From: a virus
Direction: 5' to 3' (one strand)
DNA length: 64,000 bases
Virus record (IMG/VR): IMGVR_UViG_3300014208_000005
Coordinates: 1 to 64,000 of that record
This document shows, piece by piece, positions 11,201 through 19,100 of this stretch. The first letter of the stretch is position 1, and the number at the start of each line of letters is the position of its first letter. The notes below the pieces were generated by a model. It was not told where the DNA came from, made no database searches, and was given only the letters and a program-made list of their open reading frames with translations. Both the position numbers and the translations under genes were made by a program.

Positions 11201-14200
11201 CCGTAATCTTTGATAAGATGCTTGATACCAAGACATTTAAGATGTCTGGTAATATTAACTACTTGGCTAATCTTGAGGTTGAAAGTAATCCAGACTTCAT
11301 TGAGAATTCTCACTTTGATATTAATGGCGAGAACAAATACAATCTTGGTTACAATTCATTTCAATCATTGATTGTTAACTCATTTAACAACGTTGACAAT
11401 CGTGATCAACTTTTAATAAAGTGTCCGTTCTTAAATTCAGATGACGCCGCTTACTTACGTAACTCGTTGTTACTTAAGGTTGATGGAGTTCTATTTGACA
11501 AAAATGGAAACAAACGTTTTACAGAAATTAAATTGACTTTCGACGAAGGTTCTAAGGAAGGAACGTCTAATGAAACAGAGGAATTTGTTGCATTAAAATC
11601 ACCTGATAAATTACGTAAGCGTTTGAATTCATTCTTCGACGACGGCAACTATTATGTCTTAAGACCGGGTGATAATGAATTAGAGAGAATGATTAATATT
11701 GGCTTTTCGTTGATTGCAGATGAAGCATTTGTCAATGGAACTTACGATGATCATTTCTACGGTTATCTTACAGATGAATTGAACCGTATTGTTGAGTACA
11801 AGTTTGATCGTCCTGAAACTATTCATCGTAACACTAAGTTGTACGACGGAGTTTTCATCTCCTTGATTTCAGAAGGCAAAGGTTCATTAGCTGCAGACCT
11901 TAGAGCATTACTAGAAACGCTTAAGAACACTGATGATAAAGAAGAATCGCAGTCTTTGATTGATGCATTTGTTGGTAACACAACAAATAAAGAATTATTT
12001 GGTAAAGATATTCGTAAGTTCTTAGGGACAGAGGTTAACGTTCTTTATGAGAACATGCTTAAGAACAGTCTTATTGTTAAGAATGAAAACGGTTCTCTTA
12101 AGGCTTACGGAATTTCCATTGCTGATGAGAACGTACTTAATAACGAAGAAAGTTTTAAACAGCATTTGTTAAAGTTTGTCACAAACGATAAAACATGGGT
12201 AATAGAACAGACTAAGTTATTTATTGGAGACCCAATTCAATTTAAATCCTTAGAAGACCAATTTAAGCGTCATTCTTCCTTAGTCTCTACGAAGAGAACA
12301 ATGAATGATGATCAGCACATTAAGCGTTGGATGGATAGAAACATGCAACGTGAGGACGGGAGAACTCATGAGGCGTCAGAATATGCACATCAAGGAACTA
12401 TTCTTACAGCAACCTTTGAAGACCAATTAGAAGGCTTAAAAGATGAGGCTTTGAAAGCCATTAAGGATGTCTTAGGTCCAAAATCAGATGCCTACAAGAA
12501 GCTTAATAAAGCTGATGCTCAGGGAATGATTACTTTAGATGAGTTTCGTTGGATGATGTTTAAGAGTGGTCAATGGTCGTTTGGCAAGAATTCAATGGAG
12601 GAATTGTACCAATGGGAAATACAGACTGCTAAAGGTGAAACTAAACCTAGGAATAAAGACATCGACGGAAAGTATTACTTTATTGAGAAGCAACCAAAAC
12701 TTAAGTTTAAACCGCAGAAATTGCAGTACTATGGCCCATTAGCGGAAACTGGTTACACCAACATCATTTTTAAGCTCTCTGTTTATCCTTTGACTCCAAG
12801 TCTCTGCGCTCAATTTCCTAAATTAAAGAAATTGAATGAGACGTTGATGTCTAAAAAAATAGGGATTGCAACGTTTGAAAGCGGTAATAAAATTGGTTAC
12901 AAAATTAAAGACGGAAAAGCAAATTCGTTAGATTCGTCTGACTTAATGACCCAAAACACCTATTCCAAATATTGGGGTATTCAGGTTGATAGCACGGCAA
13001 AAGAAAAGTTAAGAGTTGTAAGCGGAACTCAGATGATGAAGCAGGTTATTGCGAATCTTTACGATTCAGGCAACCCTTTACACAAAGATTTTGAGACCTT
13101 ACGGAATGAATACATCGAGCTTAATAAACAACGTATTGAGAATGGGAAGATAAACTTAAGGAATAAACTTGGACTTAAGCTTGAAGGCGATAACTATGTC
13201 GTTGAGGACATTGAGAAGTTTAAAAAGACTTTGATTGATGAAGCAGAGAAGCGTGGTTTCTCTGATAATATTATTGACGGTCTGTCAATGATTACATCTG
13301 ACAACGGTATTGATACCCTTGTAAATAGGGAGTCAGTTGAAAATGTCTTATTTTCCATTGCAGACCATTTAGTTATTTCGCAAAAACGTTTTGGTAATTT
13401 TGCAGTGCAGGCTTCCAGTGTACTTATTGATGAGTCGTTGAAGTTCTACAAGGCTGGTAAAGAGAGTGTTCTTGGAAATGAACAAACGCTAGCTGCTGAG
13501 ATTATGATTTCCACATTATTCAAAGAGTTTCCTAATCTCACTGTTGAAGACATTGAAAAATTACCAAACGGCAAGAAATTGTTAAGAATAGTTGGCTTTA
13601 GGATTCCTACGCAGTCAACAGGTTCTATTGATGTAGTTGATGTTAAGAAATTCTTACCTCCGTCAATGAACGATATGGCTGTAATGTACAAGGAGATTGT
13701 TGCAAAGCAAGGCGGTGACTTTGACTTTGATAAGTTTAACATGTACTTCTCCAATTACTACGTGTCTCCAAATGGTCCAACTTACATTGAATTTGGAAAC
13801 GAAAGCAAATTACAAAAAGATTACGAGCATTATCTTAAAAATAAACGTAAGTCTAAAGACCAAAGATTGGCTGAAGCTCTAGTTGAAGGGTTTGAGGATG
13901 AGGGGGCTATGGCTTATGATGAATACAAACAAAAAGCTATTGAAAATCGTGTTAAAGAAATTCAGCAAGATATCTTATTACACTCTGCAAATCTAAAAAA
14001 TCTGATTTCTCCTGTTGATTCAAAGAACTTAAAAGCATCGGCTGCAAGAGTTACTTGGATTGTTGAAGGAAAACCAGACTTAAAAGGTAAATCTGTTGAA
14101 GTGTGGTACGAAAAACACATTGAGAAAGCACCATTACATGAATTATTATCTTCAAAATTTAACGACGGTATTGCAGACAGATTTTTAAGTGGTAATGCTG

Positions 14201-16173
14201 CTATTGGGATTGGAGCACTTCATGCGACCTTTGCAATCTTATGTCAACATCATGAAGTTGAATTTGTGCAGGAATCAATTAATCTGTTGCACAATCAATC
14301 AGACACAGGAGTAAATATTGGTGCCTCTAAGAACGTAATTGACCAAAACATCTCAGACTTATTTAATGAGTGGTTAACAGTTTTTGTTGATGCTCCTAAG
14401 GAACCTCACATGAGTAACTTAGGAGTTACAATGCAGAATGTTAATACAGCGTTGTATTTAACGTTGGCTGGAGTAGAACCGACAACGATTGGAATGTTTC
14501 TTAATCAGCCTATTATCAGGAAATATCTTGAGGCTCAAGAAGTTCAGGAGTCGATGGTTGCTGAGGAGAATAACTTCGCTAAAACAAAGTCTCCAGCTAA
14601 GAAACGCCAACTCTTAATTTCAAACGTTAAATTAGCATTTCAAAGTGGTGTTGCAATAACTAAGAAACAGCGTGAAGACTATGAAGCAAAAACGTTTACT
14701 CTCGATGAACTTGAGGAGAACATTCTTAATAAAGAAAAGAATGTTGAGTTTGTCTTACAGCAAAATCAGTTATTAGATGACTTCCTTGCTTACCAACAGG
14801 CTGCACGAAAAATATCTAAAGCGATGAACGCCATTAATATGGACACCAATGGTGCTGGAAAGAATGTGAGTGAGCTTTTGATAAAACTGCACAATGCTGA
14901 GACATTGGTTAAAGAAGAACACCTTGAATCTGAAGAGAGTTACATTAAGGGCTTTTCTGACATTCTGGGAGCGACTGTTGAGGATGGCAACGTAGTACCA
15001 GCGGCTGATAAATCATCGTTCCTGAAGCCTTATTTCGAGGCTGTGCATGATTTTAAACGTTACTTTGAACCTTTTGTTAGAATTCTTAGAGATAAGGAAA
15101 TGTTAAAGGGGTTAAACAAGTGGATTGAGATTCTGTCTGGAGAAGGTGTTAGTCAGGAGAGGATAATAAGAGTCTTAGATGATTACAAAAAAGACCTCTT
15201 TAGCTACCTCGTAACAACGTCTAAATTCTCTGTCAACGGAGTCGAGTTTGACATTGAGAATGAAAGAGAACGTCTGTTTTACCACTCTGAAAACAACATT
15301 GCTAAGACTCTTTTAAGATTAAAGAAGAAGTACCCAGACAATCGACTTCTTAAGAGGTTGTACCCAATTTTCCCAGGTAATCGTAAATTCTACTACAGTT
15401 CCAAGATTGCTAAGGGTTATGGCCTCAACTTCTACTCTGTTAAGGATGGTATTGAGCAAGATGCTTTAGTTGATGATTGGAGACAGTTAATGGAAAATGG
15501 TAACGACGGTTATGATTTAATTAAAGCATGTATTGCACAGACAGGGTTGAAAAACAGTCCGTTAGCATTCTGGCAATTAATTCCTGCAGAAATCTTCAAT
15601 GAAATTATGTCTGCTGTACTTGTTAAAGATGATGTAACAATTGCGAATGGTAATAAATACAGGAGTAATTACGACGATCAATTCTCATTGCAGAATCATA
15701 AAAATAAAGACATTGTTAAAACAAAGAGCGACCTTAAAAGAATATATCATAATCATACTCAAGCCAATGAAGAGACTGGAATTGTTCCAAACATTCCAAT
15801 TCCAAAAATGGCTGAAACATCAGTAAGAATTATTGAAGGGCCTAAATTAGAGAAGACTTTCAAGAATGTTAGTCGAAGATTTGTAGCGATTATTGATTAC
15901 AGAGAGAGGAGAGCATTACAGAAATGGTATTCAGATCCAGTATTACCTGAGGATGAAGATGTTGTAATTGAAAACGAGGAAAGTGTAGTTGATAACGCAG
16001 AAATTGATAGGAAATCGACTGAAACTGTTGTACCTTTGCAAAATGAAGAAACAACAAAGAGTGAAAATTTAGGAATGTCTGTAGGAGAATTTATGAAGAC
16101 ATTGTCTAAAGACGAAAGAGAACAACTTAGGAGCATGGTAAATAATGATGAAATTGAATTTAACTGTAAGTAA
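5296..16173 (+). CDS. Giant virion-packaged DNA-dependent RNA polymerase polyprotein (crAss-type) with N-terminal hydrophobic helices and zincin-like domain
   Basis: 3625 aa; RIPTQS...GGDFDFDK catalytic DxDxD motif (13717-13731); DAQGMITLDEFR; HEAWH...EEALADEF zincin motif (9742-9756). Confidence 0.9.
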   Translation: MTKDFNSYLTEQIDPITGVAKVKPTHLLYDQPFSFNEPLQRSATPDLESYQPYWGDQAVPSDDFVNLEDERAKRQSASEIWLRSAKNMGLYAGTTFLDNIVGTVVGLGNLAVGGDDNKTSLDDFTMNPFTEWMVKLQKDYEAPVYRTREEANNVWSGVVPFSEGSSKFWGDMVLKNFGFTLGSVAAGVLTGGALMSGAKGLVGKLGKGLVGQLTKSGKTIESIEEGIAAVKAGQISASQLTGDLLKSYKSLKNYSTVAQIVGSVAGSAAEARFEAVNAANQYKEQEFQKYDEQWMQSLPSVQQQEEAALAASNPELFELAPTGDGSFTRVLKPEGQGALEQRIKYRYDSGKTKIEESAKGVGNLTWGLNMAILSASNFAQFRNAFTGGFKTAKTAKNVTGSIEEGFNVVKPTTRIGKIGKGLQTTGKAFRNVLTEGEEEQLQQFASTDSQSFYSRQMDPNAGETVDNFINGFNDGAKEAWGSASGWQQFFVGGITGLAGTPTLGTTSKGKTGVVWAGGAWGDYKQNRDLKKQTDKAVKAVNDAIATPEFKKMYSAAVRHTSYEIDKNTALENEDPFGYKNADFNQLVNSVDAFQKIGKLDDLLDVFKGMKSASEEEIVTLFPHLKGKTSDDIREFVNERSDKMVKTINNIAKLKEAVDGRFTSAPQNVKDELLHYSATINDVEERQKEIVNDLSDFIGSDDINDKEGRKNIKKAIEEKTVADPRKDEYSQKLNDYSKLAKRKEDFVELYKKYSTEEGQQTLDKKLSKEEKKAVQTAEDMLFSVNDDKLIKRKSDDKVFKLKVNKETKERELHEVDELGEIVKDSEPEVFSAEEFRMNKLMDEFDPHKIDEVNPFSEVSSEEVEEPEVLSQPEEPVIPEEVVEETLTQPEETIEEPKPVRTPKHNKGSRTSESVFTTLAGSELSGPLEDLPTYNEALQWGEERAVSTDPDVQRYYNWVRNSKIADEGYKGRVLTGEELFGAQWNDRLRKASQEVMQRAEEEGVEITLEEVMRLLSETLYVAVTKDGQYVTEDGTTDVIDSNKLLYTTLPTPKLENLLGRTKVKASEDPENLKRAQEAYQPIYNEIKKRKQNLSDVVTVTIPGKTTGVQNYGFEERNLRIALDDHKVELQVITNESGTVTFTQTNTNDVVQATFAGKIGRPVALDLENHNAYLLTGLPLSDETKQLVIDLFNLYIIQKERLGTGRADTALKNKEGVPIGVGILEYLQFLLGNQFITDWKFFTPKGRYGDFLLIKDLQGNSQEIKVNTIVKDSAGNYVTTLSEDKITFNGREFNGFEDFITQIMNEWKNPVNSNKLNHDFDSEEQRRVSGYKPLLVVKSIDLANASVEIDDQYNRPYGYHDYLLNKENPKIVLDINPNKQRAYQETNNPKRSILKFNQNLRFEYDRIDEVKTNEDTTVEEFAGNRRATHLVTTEEDIAERRLWFVKTYPTVPLGVIEGLIDGNNWGQFKNGAVVVSRHAEVGTVYHEAWHVVTHLYLTPEQIQKLYDEYAEKNNIVKEAWFTEDGRLTQAGVKIEEALADEFMDYKLGKPSGLLKSRKQQSFFHELWDFIKKFLGFKQDEIADIFRKIDKGYYANKKQVIGIAGKSNRVNKGLGLTEAQAIQLNRSLTSIVMSFIFDPAFPQRVSSLFSAEPNPEVLKGAYDYAKKYIKSVADKNPNVSVVLNEILTEEKFKIAREEHAKFLEKTLGLEVTNEESETQNDKMQLTKESGLKKSFKDSIPRNMKLLLSSLTSLQKNADGQLAVKPNDLSLPEVMDFGLLFNVLGNKLAGSDSLEMMVERLQDPKLMESYPEVDRLLKRLALVSGSVPTDATMQLQEEFFQAFSRNYYEYQMDIINKGTDIVSFDATANKIAQRTKDAWSNNIGKIKADFDKFYTKPNEEGESFYDSKAFLKAFPVITKENVFEFLSKIGITYSDDNKNVLKLLNEKPGDFAYFLKQVTAIHNQIIKGKEGKYPVIFDKMLDTKTFKMSGNINYLANLEVESNPDFIENSHFDINGENKYNLGYNSFQSLIVNSFNNVDNRDQLLIKCPFLNSDDAAYLRNSLLLKVDGVLFDKNGNKRFTEIKLTFDEGSKEGTSNETEEFVALKSPDKLRKRLNSFFDDGNYYVLRPGDNELERMINIGFSLIADEAFVNGTYDDHFYGYLTDELNRIVEYKFDRPETIHRNTKLYDGVFISLISEGKGSLAADLRALLETLKNTDDKEESQSLIDAFVGNTTNKELFGKDIRKFLGTEVNVLYENMLKNSLIVKNENGSLKAYGISIADENVLNNEESFKQHLLKFVTNDKTWVIEQTKLFIGDPIQFKSLEDQFKRHSSLVSTKRTMNDDQHIKRWMDRNMQREDGRTHEASEYAHQGTILTATFEDQLEGLKDEALKAIKDVLGPKSDAYKKLNKADAQGMITLDEFRWMMFKSGQWSFGKNSMEELYQWEIQTAKGETKPRNKDIDGKYYFIEKQPKLKFKPQKLQYYGPLAETGYTNIIFKLSVYPLTPSLCAQFPKLKKLNETLMSKKIGIATFESGNKIGYKIKDGKANSLDSSDLMTQNTYSKYWGIQVDSTAKEKLRVVSGTQMMKQVIANLYDSGNPLHKDFETLRNEYIELNKQRIENGKINLRNKLGLKLEGDNYVVEDIEKFKKTLIDEAEKRGFSDNIIDGLSMITSDNGIDTLVNRESVENVLFSIADHLVISQKRFGNFAVQASSVLIDESLKFYKAGKESVLGNEQTLAAEIMISTLFKEFPNLTVEDIEKLPNGKKLLRIVGFRIPTQSTGSIDVVDVKKFLPPSMNDMAVMYKEIVAKQGGDFDFDKFNMYFSNYYVSPNGPTYIEFGNESKLQKDYEHYLKNKRKSKDQRLAEALVEGFEDEGAMAYDEYKQKAIENRVKEIQQDILLHSANLKNLISPVDSKNLKASAARVTWIVEGKPDLKGKSVEVWYEKHIEKAPLHELLSSKFNDGIADRFLSGNAAIGIGALHATFAILCQHHEVEFVQESINLLHNQSDTGVNIGASKNVIDQNISDLFNEWLTVFVDAPKEPHMSNLGVTMQNVNTALYLTLAGVEPTTIGMFLNQPIIRKYLEAQEVQESMVAEENNFAKTKSPAKKRQLLISNVKLAFQSGVAITKKQREDYEAKTFTLDELEENILNKEKNVEFVLQQNQLLDDFLAYQQAARKISKAMNAINMDTNGAGKNVSELLIKLHNAETLVKEEHLESEESYIKGFSDILGATVEDGNVVPAADKSSFLKPYFEAVHDFKRYFEPFVRILRDKEMLKGLNKWIEILSGEGVSQERIIRVLDDYKKDLFSYLVTTSKFSVNGVEFDIENERERLFYHSENNIAKTLLRLKKKYPDNRLLKRLYPIFPGNRKFYYSSKIAKGYGLNFYSVKDGIEQDALVDDWRQLMENGNDGYDLIKACIAQTGLKNSPLAFWQLIPAEIFNEIMSAVLVKDDVTIANGNKYRSNYDDQFSLQNHKNKDIVKTKSDLKRIYHNHTQANEETGIVPNIPIPKMAETSVRIIEGPKLEKTFKNVSRRFVAIIDYRERRALQKWYSDPVLPEDEDVVIENEESVVDNAEIDRKSTETVVPLQNEETTKSENLGMSVGEFMKTLSKDEREQLRSMVNNDEIEFNCK

Positions 16174-16175
16174 TC

Positions 16176-19100
16176 ATGGCGGTCTGTAAAATTACAAAAA
16201 CATCTAATAAAGAATTAGAAGGTTTAATTGATGAGCTTGGTCAGACTGAGGGGCTTAAAGCTTTTCTTTCTGTTGAATTTTCTGCAATACCAATTAAGGG
16301 TAATGAGTCTTTGTACGAACGTTCAAGATTACTTAAAACTAATGGAGAACCACGTAATTTTAGTTTTGAAGATGCTCAAAGAATTTCTGCCACATTACGA
16401 GAAAATCATCCAGAATACAAAATTAAAGTTTCTAAAAGCTTTAAAGGGTGGCAGATACAGTTTGGAGAAAAAAACAATTTATTTGCTCAGGAACAACTTA
16501 CATCAAACGAATCTGATAAGATTTCATCTTTAGAGAATAAGTTATTAACGTTTCTATCTCGAATTGGAATTACAGTCAATTCTGTTAAGAAACTTAAAGC
16601 CAAAGATAAAGATGGTAATGAATTAGATGCTATTGCTGTAGCTAGAATTATGCAACGAGTGATTGATGTTGTTGAAGGAAAAGCTAAAGCTGATACTCTT
16701 GGTGAAGAAACAGCACACTTTTTAGTTGAATTGCTTGGAGATCATCCTTTAGTTCAAGCGATGTTACGTGAAATTACTGGCTATGATGTTTACGCTGAGG
16801 TCGTTGCGGAGTATTCTGGAATTGAAGGATATGACGATTTAGCTTTAAGAAAAGAAGCTGTAGGGAAATTGATTGCTAAGATTTTAGTAGCTAAAGAACG
16901 TGGAGAAGTATTGCCTCAAAGAGCAATGGCTTGGTGGGAATTGTTGTGGAATTGGATTAAACAGAAGTTCTCACGCATTTCTTCTAGCGAAATGAAAGAA
17001 GCTTTGAGTCCGTTTGAAGTAGCTGCAGAACGCATCTTAACAGGTAATACGTCTGATTTAAGTTGGGAAAATATTGGCGAGAATACCCCAATAGAACTGT
17101 TCCAAATACCTCAAAGCGTTATTGACTACAAAAAGAAAGTCTTAGAAAAGCTTAATGAGAAATTAGTGTCGTTGGATTTAAAGACTCAATCATACGTTCG
17201 TGCCTCAGATAACAAGAAAGTTATGAAGCGTGTGACTGATAATATTAAAAATTATTATCGCTTTTTATTTAGATCGAATGATCTTACGGATGAGGGTACT
17301 TTACAATACGCTCATGCTGGAATTGTAATACACAAAGTATTTGAGGTAACGATTGGTAAAAATACCAGAAAAGAAATATTTAAATACAGTGATGTTATTG
17401 AAGAAGTTGAGAAGCAATTGCGTGAAATTGAGGAATTTAAAGATAAACCTGAAGGATATTTTGCGGGGATCGTTAGTTTAGAGAGCTTCCAGAAAGTAAT
17501 AAAACCAACGATTAAAGGAATTGTAACGCAGGTTAATGAAGTTGAGGAGAGAATTGCTAAGACTCAAGGACTTACGGAGGAAGAGCGTCTAGAAAACAAG
17601 CCCACTTATCTAACAGAAGTGTCGTTGTACGATGCTAAAGAAGATATTGCAGGAACGGTTGACTTAATTGTTGTTCATTCAAATGGTGCAGTTTCAATTT
17701 TTGACTGGAAATCCTTAGCGTTTGACACTGTTGGCAATAAGACAGCTAAAGAAGTACCTTGGTACAAAAGAGGTGCTTGGGAACAGCAATTAGCTGCTTA
17801 CAAGAATATGCTTAAAGAGCAGTACGGAATTACAGAATTTGCTTTAAGCAGAGTTATTCCAATCAATGTTCAATTCTGGAAAGCAGGGAAGCTTGAAGGT
17901 CAAGTGAGTAAATTACAGTCTGGTTTTAGCACTGTTGACCCAAACTTACAGCCTGTACCACATGTCACAGAAAGAACTGATGATAAGAGGATTAACGCTC
18001 AACTTGAGAAATTAGAAGCTCAACGTAAGACTTTGTTAGATGCTCACTTAACTAACAGAAAGGATAAGAAAATCCTTGAAGCATTAGACAGAGTTGATGC
18101 AACAATCAGGGCATTACAACTGAATAAGGACATTGATTTTGTTGCGGAGCAGATTAGTAACATTAATGTTAAGATTAAGAAAGCTGAGCATGAGATTGAA
18201 TCGGTTGACGCTGAAGGTAAACCTAATCCTAATTACATTGGAATTCATCAACTTAACGAGTACCGTGAGTATTTAGATTTGTTGGATGAGTTTGCAACGA
18301 TTGGAGTTGAAAGCACAGAGGATCCAGTTATTAAAGCTAAATACAAAGCTTTGAGTTATGATAGGACTGAATCATTAGGAATCATAAGAGTTAAGGTTCA
18401 CGACGCAATTCTGGCTGCAACTGGGATTGACATTAATAAGCCTGCTAAAGAGGCAACTTTCTTAGGTAAGATTTTTAATCGTGTTTCTCAGTACGATAAT
18501 CCTTTCCTAAAAGCTATGAGCAAACTCATCAGAGGTAACTATGATGCATCTCAAGAGTCTTCTGAGAAAGTTCATGCAAAACTTGAAGAATTAGATGCAA
18601 AACTGGAAGAATGGGGTAAAGCTAACGGAATGAGTAAGTTTGAAACATTCAAGTTATTCTACAATGAAGAAACTGGAATGCTTCATAGGCGTCTTAGTAA
18701 GAAGTATTATGAAGATTTAGAAACGGCTAAAAAGAAGAATGATTCTGCTTGGCTCATTAAAAACACTCAGGTAGGACGTTTCTCAGAGTCGGCTGACAGT
18801 GATAACACTTACTTAGATTATGTGGGGGAGGCTAAAGTTAAGTTTGAAGATGCACGTAGGAAGAAAGAGGAAGACTTACACAAATCTTATGATGGATTTG
18901 GTAAAGAGGGAGAAAGGAAGATTGCTGGATTTATGAGAACGTTTGATAAGAAACACAATATTAAAAATCATCCAGATGCTGCTTACAATCCTGATAATTA
19001 CTTTGTTAGAATACGTCCGGAAAACAATGATTACAACACACAGGAATGGACGTTCATAAACAAACACGAAGCTCTTAAAAATTATTATGATTACCACACA

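Noticed and set aside
2000-19097. Short antisense and alternate-frame ORFs inside the giant genes (e.g. 13446..13754, 6333..6569)
   Set aside because: Shadow ORFs with S/L/F-rich composition expected from the codon bias of the real genes.
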